This document shows positions 1 to 8,960 of a stretch of 32,000 bases of DNA, piece after piece (within the stretch, counting starts at the first letter, position 1; each line of letters opens with the position of its first letter). The notes under the pieces were generated by a model. It searched no databases and was not told the DNA's origin. It saw nothing but the letters and a program-made list of their open reading frames with translations. The DNA comes from Candidatus Saccharimonadota bacterium. GTDB taxonomy: Bacteria; Patescibacteriota; Saccharimonadia; Saccharimonadales; UBA4665. The translations under genes were made by a program, and so were the position numbers. The DNA lies in the NCBI GenBank assembly GCA_016699955.1, contig CP064993.1:900001-932000 (forward strand), in the 5' to 3' direction.

Positions 1-177
1 TCTGCTTCTGACAGTGAATGGCTACTAGGCGACTCGGGTGCAGAAAAAATTACAGGGCAAGGTCGCCTCATATTTGCCGAATCAGTTGTAGCGCCGAAAC
101 AGAATGTTATGGCCGCCTATGTCTCTGACGAGGAAGTCATTAGAGAAGTTAATCGGATAAAAGACCTCGAAAAATAG
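1..177 (+). CDS. ftsK: 3' end of a gene entering the window; C-terminal fragment of an FtsK/SpoIIIE-type DNA translocase
   Basis: Frame 1 is open from base 1 to TAG at 175-177: SASDSEWLLGDSGAEKITGQGRLIFAESVVAPKQNVMAAYVSDEEVIREVNRIKDLEK. The GAEK..G.G..F and A.VSDEEV blocks resemble the end of the FtsK/SpoIIIE motor region (recalled family pattern, not searched). Confidence 0.5.
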   Translation, partial: SASDSEWLLGDSGAEKITGQGRLIFAESVVAPKQNVMAAYVSDEEVIREVNRIKDLEK

Positions 178-181
178 AGTT

Positions 182-190
182 TGCTATAAT
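182..190 (+). promoter_or_regulatory. Extended -10 promoter element TGCTATAAT
   Basis: TGnTATAAT match at 182-190, just after the ftsK-like stop. It could drive the downstream ATPase gene. No clear -35. Confidence 0.3.
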
Positions 191-196
191 CTAGTT

Positions 197-245
197 AGAA
201 GATTCGTGTTCTAACGCTTGCGAGAGAACAGGAATCTTCTTTACT
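197..245 (+). terminator. Long hairpin after the ftsK-like gene; likely intrinsic terminator
   Basis: AGAAGATTCGTGTTCT (197-212) pairs with AGAACAGGAATCTTCT (225-240): 16 positions with one G/G mismatch and a 12-nt loop. It is followed by TTTACT, so the U tail is short. Confidence 0.45.
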
Positions 246-315
246 AAAAAATGGCGCAAAGCGCAGCTTGTATCCATAAGTACCACTCTTTCCAAATCAT
301 AACGAAATAGTATGT

Positions 316-1575
316 TTGGAAAACGCCCTTTACAAAACTTTAGTTAGCAGTATAGTAAATAGTATGATCCCACGCGAACAATATCTGCAAACACTACGTC
401 AGTTTAAAGACAAAGACGTGATCAAAATTGCCACAGGCGTGCGCCGTTGTGGTAAGTCAACATTATTTGCGTTATTTCAGGATGAACTTCGTCAATCAGG
501 TGTCAAAGACTCCCAGATTATCACCATAAACTTCGAGTCGCCACGCTACATGCTCGAAAACATCAATTGGCGTGACCTCTGGCAGGATATCACCGAGCGG
601 CTAAAGGGCGTCAAACATGCCTATGTCTTCCTGGACGAAATCCAAACCGTACCAGAGTTTGAAAAACTCGTCGACGGACTTTATGTCGAGCCAAATATCG
701 ACCTATACGTCACCGGTTCAAACGCCTACTTTTTATCATCTGAGCTTTCGACCGTGCTGTCGGGGCGTTATATCGAGATCAAAATGCTGCCGCTATCACT
801 TGCCGAGTACGCCACGGCATTTCCAAAGCAAACCGACCGTCAAAAACTCTACAGCGACTACGTCAACTTCGGCTCGTTTCCGTATGTCCCAACCCTTCTC
901 AAAGAAGGTGAAGCAGCGGTCGACACCTATTTGCAAGGCATCTACGAAACGGTTCTGTATAAGGATATCATCGCTCGGCTAAACACTGAGGACGAGACCA
1001 AAATGCTCAATCTCGTCAAATTCACCATGGACAACATCGGCAACACCACCTCGCCGCGCAAAATTGCCGACACGATGACCAGCAACGGCGACAAGATATC
1101 CCACCCCACCGTCGACTCATATCTAAATGCCCTGACCAAAAGCTTTTTGCTGTACCAAGTGGATCGCTACGACGTGAAGGGCAAAAAACTCCTGCAGCGC
1201 TATAGTAAATACTACCTGGTTGATATCGGCCTGCGCCAGATGATACTGGGACGAACCATGAGCGGTGACCGTGGGCATATCCTCGAAAATATCGTCTTTT
1301 TGGAACTGCTGCGCCGTAACCGCCACGTTTGGATAGGCAAAAACAACGATACCGAAATCGACTTTGTTGTCCAGACCAATAGCGGCGATACCGAATACTA
1401 CCAAGTCGCCGAAACGATGCTAGGTCCCGAGACACGCGACCGCGAGACCCGTCCCCTCCAAAACATCAAAGACCACTTTCCAAAGTTCATCCTCACCATG
1501 GACGCCGGGGAGTATAGCGATAGTGGCATACGACAGCTAAATGCCATTGACTGGCTACTTGGCGAGGACCGTTGA
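316..1575 (+). CDS. AAA+ ATPase with C-terminal DUF4143-type (restriction-endonuclease-like) domain
   Basis: Walker A GVRRCGKST and Walker B VFLDEIQ. The C-terminal block HILENIVFLELLRR...EIDFVV...YYQVAE is typical of AAA_14/DUF4143 proteins. The ORF-track start is TTG at 316. ATG at 364 (MIPREQYL...) matches the usual N-terminus of this family better. Confidence 0.85.
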   Translation: MENALYKTLVSSIVNSMIPREQYLQTLRQFKDKDVIKIATGVRRCGKSTLFALFQDELRQSGVKDSQIITINFESPRYMLENINWRDLWQDITERLKGVKHAYVFLDEIQTVPEFEKLVDGLYVEPNIDLYVTGSNAYFLSSELSTVLSGRYIEIKMLPLSLAEYATAFPKQTDRQKLYSDYVNFGSFPYVPTLLKEGEAAVDTYLQGIYETVLYKDIIARLNTEDETKMLNLVKFTMDNIGNTTSPRKIADTMTSNGDKISHPTVDSYLNALTKSFLLYQVDRYDVKGKKLLQRYSKYYLVDIGLRQMILGRTMSGDRGHILENIVFLELLRRNRHVWIGKNNDTEIDFVVQTNSGDTEYYQVAETMLGPETRDRETRPLQNIKDHFPKFILTMDAGEYSDSGIRQLNAIDWLLGEDR

Positions 1576-1665
1576 GCCTATGAAACATATAAAACGCGAA
1601 CAGATACGAACCAGTGGTTTATCGGCTATAATACAAGTAATGATATGTAGTGAAAGAGGGGTATT

Positions 1666-3966
1666 GTGAGCAAAAATATTGTGGATCTTATTAAATTTCG
1701 TCAGTCAGCACTCGATAACTCGTCGAAAGACGACGTCCTAGAAATCAGCCATTTATTCCGAGACAGTATCGACCCCGAACGATTTTTTAGCGAAAGCTAC
1801 TTTACCGAAGGTATCGACGTTCTGCTCAAAACCGCCTTTGCCCGCTTTGCCGGTCAGGACGACCACGGTGTCGTAAAGCTCACCCAAAACATGGGTGGTG
1901 GTAAAACCCACAGCATGATTACCCTGGGCTTGCTTGCAAAACACCCCGAACACCGCAAGCGATTCCTCGGCGACAACTCATTTGAAGGCGACGTACGAGT
2001 TATCGGCTTTACCGGCCGTCAAACCGACACCAACCTCGGTATCTGGGGCGAACTCGCCAAACAGCTCGGCAAAGAAGAAGACTTCAAAGAATACTACAAT
2101 CCACAATTTGCTGCACCTGGCTCCGAAGCCTGGATTACCATGCTCCAGGGTGCGCCAACGCTTATTTTGCTCGACGAGATCCCTCCCTACCTCGTGAACG
2201 CCAAGTCAAAAACTGTCGGCAACTCCGACCTCAGCCAAGTCACCGGTATCGCACTCTCGAACCTTTTTAATGCCCTCAACGACAGCCGCCTTGCGAATGT
2301 CCTCATCGTTGTCGCCGACCTCGCTGGTAGTCACGCCGAAGGTAGCGAGATGATCAAAGAGGTGATAAAAAACCTCGGCAGTGAAATGCGCCGTGTGTCA
2401 CTCGACCTTACGCCTGTTAATAACCAATCAAACGAACTGGTAGAGATACTTAAGACTAAACTTATCGAAGTTATGCCTTCTGAGGATGCAATTCGCGAAG
2501 TTGCAGATGAATACAAAAAAGTGCTGACCGAAGCTAAACAAATGGGCCTCGTTAATGTCGAGCCAGCCCAGTTTGCATCGCTCATTGTTAAAAACTATCC
2601 GTTTCACCCATCGTTCATCGACCTGTATAACCGGTTCAAAGAAAACGAAGGCTTCCAGCAGACGCGCGGCGTTATCCGCCTCGTCCGCAGTATGGTACAG
2701 GATATCCACGAAACTAAAGCAAACTTACAACTTATTTCACCGCAAGATATCAACCTGTCGAACCAACGTCTCCGTACCGAAATAGAGCAGCTCAATCCGT
2801 CGCTGGCTCCTGCTACTCGTCACGACATCCACAACCTCGACGGCAACTCGGTTGCGCAGCTCAACAGTGCCAAGCGCGGTGATGTGCTTGTCGAAGACGT
2901 CGCCCGACTACTCCTCGTATCGTCACTTTCGTCTGTCCCAAACGGCCTCAAAGGGTTAAATGAAACCGAGATTACGGCAATTATCGCCCGTCCAGGCGTC
3001 AAGGTCACAGACATCCGCTCGGCACGCGAGCAGCTATACGGCGAAGCCTGGTACCTCGCGACCGACAAAGACAACCGCCTGTTCTTCCAGCAAAACCAAA
3101 ACTTGAACGCCCAGCTCAAAGCATTGGTCGAGAGTTACGACGAAGAAAGCGCCCGCAAAGAAGTGCGCGCTTACCTAGAGAGTGAGCTCAAACCGACCGT
3201 TGGCGACTTGTATCAAAAAGTCCAGGTCTTCCCCGGTATCGAAGAGTTCGATATCAATGCCAAGCAAGTGACGCTCATCGTCACCGAGCCAAGCCACTTC
3301 GAAGAAGGCTTGTCGCACGAAGTCCGCCAGTATTGGAGCGAACACTCATACAAAAACCGCTTTTTGTTCATGAGTGGCGAACGTCAAACGTGGGATAGCC
3401 TGATCGAAGCCTTCAAGGAACTAAAAGCCGTCAACACTGTCATCAGTGTCATGATCGACGAGCGCGCCTCCGAAAGCGACCCGCAGTACAAAAAAGCCAT
3501 CGACAAACGCGACAAAACCTACATCCAAATCACCTCGGCAGTCCGTGAAACATTCATCACGCTGTACTTCCCTCGGGGCGACAACAGCGGCGATCGGCTC
3601 GACAAAACCGAGATATCATTCCAGTTCACCGGTAACAACTTTGACGCCGAAAAGCAGATCCGTGCCGCACTCATAGAAGAACGCAAATTCAGCACGTCAC
3701 AAGATATCGAGAGTGCCAGCTTCCGCGACAAGGTAGAAGAGCGCCTGTTTGGCTCACAGCAAAAAGAAATCAACTGGAACGACCTACTCAACAATGCAGC
3801 GGCCAACTGTTCGTGGTCGTGGCACCTCACCGAGCAACCCAAATTCCGGGGCTCGCTACATCCAACTGTTTTAACCGCATCGCACCCATATCTACATCTG
3901 CAGGCGCAAGCAGCAGCGTCCACGCCTAGCTGTGAGTTAGTTGAAGTAGTAATCTTTGAACCGTAG
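1666..3966 (+). CDS. DUF499-type P-loop ATPase (BrxC/PglY-like), apparently C-terminally truncated
   Basis: GTG start preceded by GAAAGAGGGG and a TATAAT at 1627-1632. Walker A NMGGGKTHSM and Walker B LILLDEIPPY. The large alpha-rich body resembles DUF499 ATPases. The last ~45 aa are low-complexity and run 30 nt into the convergent VKOR gene. Confidence 0.65.
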   Translation: MSKNIVDLIKFRQSALDNSSKDDVLEISHLFRDSIDPERFFSESYFTEGIDVLLKTAFARFAGQDDHGVVKLTQNMGGGKTHSMITLGLLAKHPEHRKRFLGDNSFEGDVRVIGFTGRQTDTNLGIWGELAKQLGKEEDFKEYYNPQFAAPGSEAWITMLQGAPTLILLDEIPPYLVNAKSKTVGNSDLSQVTGIALSNLFNALNDSRLANVLIVVADLAGSHAEGSEMIKEVIKNLGSEMRRVSLDLTPVNNQSNELVEILKTKLIEVMPSEDAIREVADEYKKVLTEAKQMGLVNVEPAQFASLIVKNYPFHPSFIDLYNRFKENEGFQQTRGVIRLVRSMVQDIHETKANLQLISPQDINLSNQRLRTEIEQLNPSLAPATRHDIHNLDGNSVAQLNSAKRGDVLVEDVARLLLVSSLSSVPNGLKGLNETEITAIIARPGVKVTDIRSAREQLYGEAWYLATDKDNRLFFQQNQNLNAQLKALVESYDEESARKEVRAYLESELKPTVGDLYQKVQVFPGIEEFDINAKQVTLIVTEPSHFEEGLSHEVRQYWSEHSYKNRFLFMSGERQTWDSLIEAFKELKAVNTVISVMIDERASESDPQYKKAIDKRDKTYIQITSAVRETFITLYFPRGDNSGDRLDKTEISFQFTGNNFDAEKQIRAALIEERKFSTSQDIESASFRDKVEERLFGSQQKEINWNDLLNNAAANCSWSWHLTEQPKFRGSLHPTVLTASHPYLHLQAQAAASTPSCELVEVVIFEP

Positions 3967-4536
3967 GATAAACAGCACAATCATAACTGCATAGACAAAG
4001 ACGACTACATCAACATGATGCTTACGTCCAAACTTTGTAAACTGGAGTGTAGACTGCTTAAACCTTCCCGTAGCTGACTGCAAGTAGTACAGCAGGCCAT
4101 ACCAAAATATAGGCACGATAACTACCCAGCCTACGACACAGAAAATACAGATTTTTCCTAAAACGTACAAACTGACCCCAAAGAACCAAACGCTAAATAA
4201 AATCAGAACCAATGAGACAGCCATTACAAAATGACGATACCAACCCAAAAACCTTCCTCCGGACAATAACACTAAGCCACTTGTGGCTAATATTGAAAAG
4301 AACACCATCCCTAAGAATGCGTTGGGAAAGCCCATGACTGCGGCTAGTCGATCGCCGAGCACCCCACTACAGTTTACGATTGGGCTTAAGTTACAACCCA
4401 AGGCAAGATCAGGATTTTTTAGCATGTGCACCCGTTCGCTGGCCTGCCAAGCCATGGCTATTAACCCTGTAGTTCCACCAGCAGACAGTATAAGATCGTA
4501 AAGCCGCTCAAGTTTCAGTGTACCTTTACCTTTCAT
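3937..4536 (-). CDS. Vitamin K epoxide reductase (VKOR) family membrane protein
   Basis: Multi-TM protein with a loop cysteine pair (CNLSPIVNC) and the CXXC redox motif CIFC inside a TM helix, as in bacterial VKOR homologues. Confidence 0.8.
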   Translation of the reverse strand: MKGKGTLKLERLYDLILSAGGTTGLIAMAWQASERVHMLKNPDLALGCNLSPIVNCSGVLGDRLAAVMGFPNAFLGMVFFSILATSGLVLLSGGRFLGWYRHFVMAVSLVLILFSVWFFGVSLYVLGKICIFCVVGWVVIVPIFWYGLLYYLQSATGRFKQSTLQFTKFGRKHHVDVVVFVYAVMIVLFILRFKDYYFN

Positions 4537-4676
4537 TAATCTAATAATATTACTTTATGTTCCTAAGCGCTATACGTGTTTACCTAGCCAAAAAAAACTA
4601 ATTTCTCACATTATGTTTGTGTGATAAAGATCATTGCTCATACGTACCACAGATGATAATTTTCACTAAATAGAAG

Positions 4677-4889
4677 ATGGTAAACTTAGATAGCATAACA
4701 ACAACGCAGGCCGTATTATTGGCGGTAGCTCTCGTGTGGGACATGGTATGGAAGGGCTTTGCCCTCTGGAAAGCTGCTAGAAATAGCGATCAGGTGTGGT
4801 TTGTTGTTATTATAATTATTAACAGCTTGGGTATATTACCGATACTGTATTTATTATTTCGTAAACCAAAACTTACAAAAACGCATTGA
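4677..4889 (+). CDS. Small two-TM membrane protein, DUF5652-like
   Basis: 70 aa. The motif WDMVWKGFALWKAARN...NSLGILPILYL matches the pattern I recall for DUF5652 proteins, which are common in CPR genomes. Confidence 0.65.
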   Translation: MVNLDSITTTQAVLLAVALVWDMVWKGFALWKAARNSDQVWFVVIIIINSLGILPILYLLFRKPKLTKTH

Positions 4890-4937
4890 CCGTGCAGGTA
4901 CAGGCAGTTATTCTCAGTAAAAGACAACACAAAGAAA

Positions 4938-5414
4938 GTGACGTTTATGATATTAAAATACGAAGATTTAGCAAAAATACGCGCCAAGCACCGTGGTGAG
5001 AAAATTGTTCTCACCAGCGGTACGTTTGATTTGTTTCATGTTGGCCATTTGAGTTATCTTGAGCAAGTGAAGCAGTACGGCGATGTGGTGGTTGTTCTAC
5101 TCAGCGGTGACAGTAGAGTTAAGGGCAGAAAAGGATCAAGCCGACCAATCATTCCTGAAGTAGACAGGGCGCGCATATTGGATAGTCTCAAGATAGTTGA
5201 CTATGTTATTGTGGACAATTCAGAGTTAAACCCGAACGTAACTGATTATAATCACCACGAGATCCTCCGGAAACTACAGCCAGACTATTATGTGACTGAT
5301 GGCCCAGACCCTAGATTCGTCGATTTAATGGACAAGTCTAAATTCATCATTTTAGAGCGAACGCAGCTAGACACCTCGACCACTTCTATCATTGAGCAAA
5401 TACAAGCGCTCTAG
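4938..5414 (+). CDS. Cytidylyltransferase-like nucleotidyltransferase (glycerol-3-phosphate cytidylyltransferase / RfaE domain II-like)
   Basis: N-terminal GTFDLFHVGH (HxGH nucleotidyltransferase signature) and ~155 aa size. The start could be GTG 4938 or ATG 4947. Confidence 0.8.
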   Translation: MTFMILKYEDLAKIRAKHRGEKIVLTSGTFDLFHVGHLSYLEQVKQYGDVVVVLLSGDSRVKGRKGSSRPIIPEVDRARILDSLKIVDYVIVDNSELNPNVTDYNHHEILRKLQPDYYVTDGPDPRFVDLMDKSKFIILERTQLDTSTTSIIEQIQAL

Positions 5415-5615
5415 AACGCCCATATCGCACAAGTCAGCTGCTTACCGGCAGAGCCCTGTTGCACTGCTGGCTTATTTAAGCTCATCACGCATTACCCATT
5501 ACCCATGACCTAGTACATCATCTGCGCCTATGCCCTGTTGGGCTGCTGCGATACTTTTGAACTGCGTTAGAGCAGAAAATGCGAGTCATTGTGAGCCACG
5601 CGGTTTGGAGTTCTT

Positions 5616-6845
5616 TTGTATAAGACAACGCGCTATACTTTTACCATGAAGCAACTTGGCCGCAAAAAAATATACCTTTTGCTGGTTCTAGTGGCTGTAG
5701 CGTTAGGTTTAGGTTCTCTCTACGCTTGGGATCAATCTCATAAAGTTGAAACAGTTATAACTGCGACACAAAAAACACAGCTAAAACCGCCCGAACCGAG
5801 TGGTGTGCTGAGGTTTGCGGCAATGGGAGATATGCTAGCACATGATAGTGTGATCGCGCAGGCGAAACGTGGTGAGACATATGACTTTAAGCCGTATTTT
5901 GCAGGCATTCGTCCGTTGTATGAAAGTGCCGACGCTGTTTTTTGTAATGCCGAGGGTTTGACAACTGGCGCGCAATTTGGCGTGAGTGGCTACCCTTCTT
6001 TCAACGCGCCGACAGAATTTGCTCGTGACCTTGTCGAGGGCGCGGGTTGCAACGTGATTGGGCTGGCCAACAACCACATGAATGACAAGGGCCAAACGGC
6101 TATTGATGCCAACGTAGCGGTGTGGGAAAATTTGCATTTGTTGGCTTTCAGCGGCGCAAACCGTTCGCCAGAAGAACAGGCCAAAGTGCAGTATTTTACT
6201 AAAAATGGTGTCAAAGTTGGGTTTGTGGCGTTTGCTGACTATAGCAATAACAAAAACCTTACTTCCTATGGGGTAAATATTTACCATAATACCGATCTGG
6301 TCAAACGTTTGCTCAGCGAAGCCCGAGCAAATGCCGACGCAGTGATTGTGTCAGCACATTGGGGGACGGAAGATGCAAATGTGGTAAACGCTGACCAGAC
6401 AGCCGCGGCGCAACTGCTTGCTGATAGCGGTGCCGATGTGGTCATAGGGACTGGTCCTCATGTGCTACAGCCTGTAAAAATAGTTGCCGCAGCGGATGGA
6501 CGCAAAACACTTGTGTGGTATAGCATAGGCAATATGCTTTCATCACAACTGAAGGCTAACGAGCTAACTGGCGTGATTGCAGGTTTCACACTCACGCAAA
6601 AAAAGGATGGCGGTGTGCTTGTGTCTTCTCCAACTGCACAGATTACGTTTATGAGCTACGATTGGGCAGCGGCAGACAAAACGGCTCAGCTGCTTGAGAC
6701 GCGGTCAAATTTGCAACTTCGTACGCTCAGAGATAGTGGAGATACGTCCGTGAATATGTTCGGTTCGCAGTATACGCAGGCCGAACGGGAGAGTTATGTA
6801 CGATCTACGCTAGGAACTGAAGCGGCTGTTGTCATTACGCCATAG
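5616..6845 (+). CDS. CapA-family (poly-gamma-glutamate synthesis / metallophosphatase-like) membrane-anchored protein
   Basis: Motifs AAMGDMLAHD, ANNHMNDKG and SAHWGTE are characteristic of CapA/PGA_cap. An N-terminal TM anchor is present. The likely true start is ATG at 5646 (MKQLGRKKIYLL...). Confidence 0.8.
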   Translation: MYKTTRYTFTMKQLGRKKIYLLLVLVAVALGLGSLYAWDQSHKVETVITATQKTQLKPPEPSGVLRFAAMGDMLAHDSVIAQAKRGETYDFKPYFAGIRPLYESADAVFCNAEGLTTGAQFGVSGYPSFNAPTEFARDLVEGAGCNVIGLANNHMNDKGQTAIDANVAVWENLHLLAFSGANRSPEEQAKVQYFTKNGVKVGFVAFADYSNNKNLTSYGVNIYHNTDLVKRLLSEARANADAVIVSAHWGTEDANVVNADQTAAAQLLADSGADVVIGTGPHVLQPVKIVAAADGRKTLVWYSIGNMLSSQLKANELTGVIAGFTLTQKKDGGVLVSSPTAQITFMSYDWAAADKTAQLLETRSNLQLRTLRDSGDTSVNMFGSQYTQAERESYVRSTLGTEAAVVITP

Positions 6846-6955
6846 CCGCCGCTTCCTCAAGGTGCTAGCACTGGTGCTGAAAACCAGCCGGAGCTCGGTA
6901 GTTATCATACTCGGGACAATAAACTACCAGTCGTGGGTTAAGCAGAATAATTGTG

Positions 6956-7774
6956 TTAGGGGGCAGTGTTAGTTTTATTTAGTTCACTTAAGGCTGTTTG
7001 GAGGTAGGGATAGGCTTCGTCCAGTGTCAGGTTGTTTTTATGTAGAGCGCTAGCGAGGTCATAACCGACATAGCGAAAATGCCATGGTTCGTATTGGTAC
7101 TGCGTAATCGCAGTTTTATCTGCCGGGTAGCGCAAGATGAAACCGTACTCATAGGAGTGAGCGGCTAGCCATTTGCCTGCTTCGGTGTCGCCAAAGCAGA
7201 TTTCGAGGTAGCAGACGCGCGAGGAAAGGCTTATATCAAAAGCAAGCCCTGTCTGGTGTTCGCTTTGCCCTGGTTTAGCGCTGAACTTGTTTGCGGACTC
7301 TTCACCGTAAAGACGAGAGTAATTTGAAAAGTATGTTTGTTGCAGAGCATACGAACGGAAGCCACTGGCAAGCATAATGTCGTGTCCGGCTGTACTAGCT
7401 GCAGAAAAGAGGTTTTTTACCGAGGGCTCAATATCTGAGCGCAGTGACTGCTCTGCTACAGATTTGTCGCTACGAGTTTTAACATCTGGAACACTTAAGT
7501 TTGCTGGAACGTAGTTGGGGTCGGCGAGGGGATGCGCCTTGCTTACGAGCACCCAAAGGCTGCTCGGTGTGTTGTAGTCTTCGTGGAGTGCGTCGAAAGG
7601 AGCTTCACCCGGGATGAGTATTTTGACAGATGTGGGTTTTACAGGGGATGGCGCAGCGGCAGTTTTTGCCTGCTCTGGCTGCTTCTTTGTAGTTGGTGCT
7701 GATATGACCGTTAACCCACCCAGTACAAGGGCTACCAAAGTAAGTAGTACTACTGCCCAGGTCTGTTTCTTCAT
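6956..7774 (-). CDS. M15-family D-alanyl-D-alanine carboxypeptidase (VanY-like)
   Basis: N-terminal TM anchor. Motifs SGFRSY, SEHQTGLAFD and EPWHFRYVG carry the zinc ligands typical of VanY/M15B. Confidence 0.85.
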   Translation of the reverse strand: MKKQTWAVVLLTLVALVLGGLTVISAPTTKKQPEQAKTAAAPSPVKPTSVKILIPGEAPFDALHEDYNTPSSLWVLVSKAHPLADPNYVPANLSVPDVKTRSDKSVAEQSLRSDIEPSVKNLFSAASTAGHDIMLASGFRSYALQQTYFSNYSRLYGEESANKFSAKPGQSEHQTGLAFDISLSSRVCYLEICFGDTEAGKWLAAHSYEYGFILRYPADKTAITQYQYEPWHFRYVGYDLASALHKNNLTLDEAYPYLQTALSELNKTNTAP

Positions 7775-7982
7775 ACCAACTAGTATACCCGACTCACGCC
7801 AACCAAAGTAGAAGTTGCTTTTCCCCCGCAGTAAACAGTTCTCTTGAATCCCTGATGGATGACTTTGGATTACCTGCTAGTGTGCGCTTGCCAGCAACTA
7901 TTTGTTCGCGAAGATTATAGGGGCTTGTCAGTGGGCGCCAAAAAACGTATGATAACAGATAAGATTACTAAAACGAGGGGTC

Positions 7983-8936
7983 ATGACAAACAAAACGTCT
8001 GCAGCTGACTACATTGAGCCGTTGCATATAAACGGTATGCGCGGCAGAATGATGTTTTTACCGGCTCGTCATAAAAATGCGCGTAATATTTTGGTTATTT
8101 ATGGCCATCATTCTTCGCTCGAGCGCTGGTGGGGACTGTCGCAAAATTTTAATATCTACGGAGCAGTGACCGTCCCCGATCTACCTGGGTTTGGTGGCAT
8201 GGACAGCTTTTATACTATCGGCAAGCCGGCGACACTAGATAATTATGCCGACTATATGGCTGCGTTTATCAAGATGCGGTACAGACGGAAAAAAGTTAGC
8301 ATTGTCGGCATCTCATTCGGATTCTTAGTCGCCACCCGAATGCTGCAGCGGTATCCAGAACTAGCAAGTAAAGTGGAAGTGCTTGTTAGCGCTATGGGAT
8401 TTATGCATCGGGATAATTTCAAGTTTTCTCCGGCACGATATAGATTTTATAAATATCTTGCAGAAGTTGTTTCAATTCCGCCATTTCCGATTATTTTTAG
8501 ACACACTGCTCTAAGCGAACGGGTGCTTCGTGCCGCTTATGCACGGACGAATAACGCAAAGCATAAGTTTAAACAGGCAAATAATAACCCCGATATATTT
8601 AACGCCATGATGGACGTAGAAGTTACCCTATGGCACAAGAACGATGTCAGGACGCATATGCGGACGACTGTAGAAATGCTGACTGTCAACAACTGTGAGA
8701 AAAATATTGATTTACCTGTCTGGCATGTGTTTACGCCACATGATAACTATTTTGACAATGAAGTTATAGAACAGCAAATGCGCGTGGTATTTGCAGACTT
8801 CTTTCCCGCCTCTTTACAGTCAAAGACGCACGCCCCTAGTGTTATTGCCACTAAGAAGGAGGCCGCTGCCTTCATTCCAAGAGAGCTAAGAAGTGCATTA
8901 AGGCAGTCAGCTAGTAAAGAGAAAAAACGTGCGTAA
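7983..8936 (+). CDS. Alpha/beta-fold hydrolase
   Basis: Oxyanion-region ILVIYGHHSS and nucleophile elbow GISFG. SD GAGGGG lies upstream of the ATG. The substrate is unknown. Confidence 0.6.
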   Translation: MTNKTSAADYIEPLHINGMRGRMMFLPARHKNARNILVIYGHHSSLERWWGLSQNFNIYGAVTVPDLPGFGGMDSFYTIGKPATLDNYADYMAAFIKMRYRRKKVSIVGISFGFLVATRMLQRYPELASKVEVLVSAMGFMHRDNFKFSPARYRFYKYLAEVVSIPPFPIIFRHTALSERVLRAAYARTNNAKHKFKQANNNPDIFNAMMDVEVTLWHKNDVRTHMRTTVEMLTVNNCEKNIDLPVWHVFTPHDNYFDNEVIEQQMRVVFADFFPASLQSKTHAPSVIATKKEAAAFIPRELRSALRQSASKEKKRA

Positions 8937-8960
8937 GCGAATGGTATACTAGGATATAGT

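Noticed and set aside
1022-1435. Minus-strand ORFs (137 aa and 93 aa here, 153 aa at 3519-3980) opposite the two ATPase genes
   Set aside because: Their translations are Arg/Ser/Cys-rich, and they overlap ORFs that have clear Walker motifs. There is no independent support.
5453-5549. Imperfect direct repeat GCCCTGTTG..CTGCTG (5453-5470 and 5532-5549) and tandem ATTACCC ATTACCC (5491-5504) in the spacer upstream of capA
   Set aside because: The repeats are short, with only 15 of 18 positions identical. No associated ORF, inverted-repeat ends or structure could be seen, so this is probably chance or a relic.
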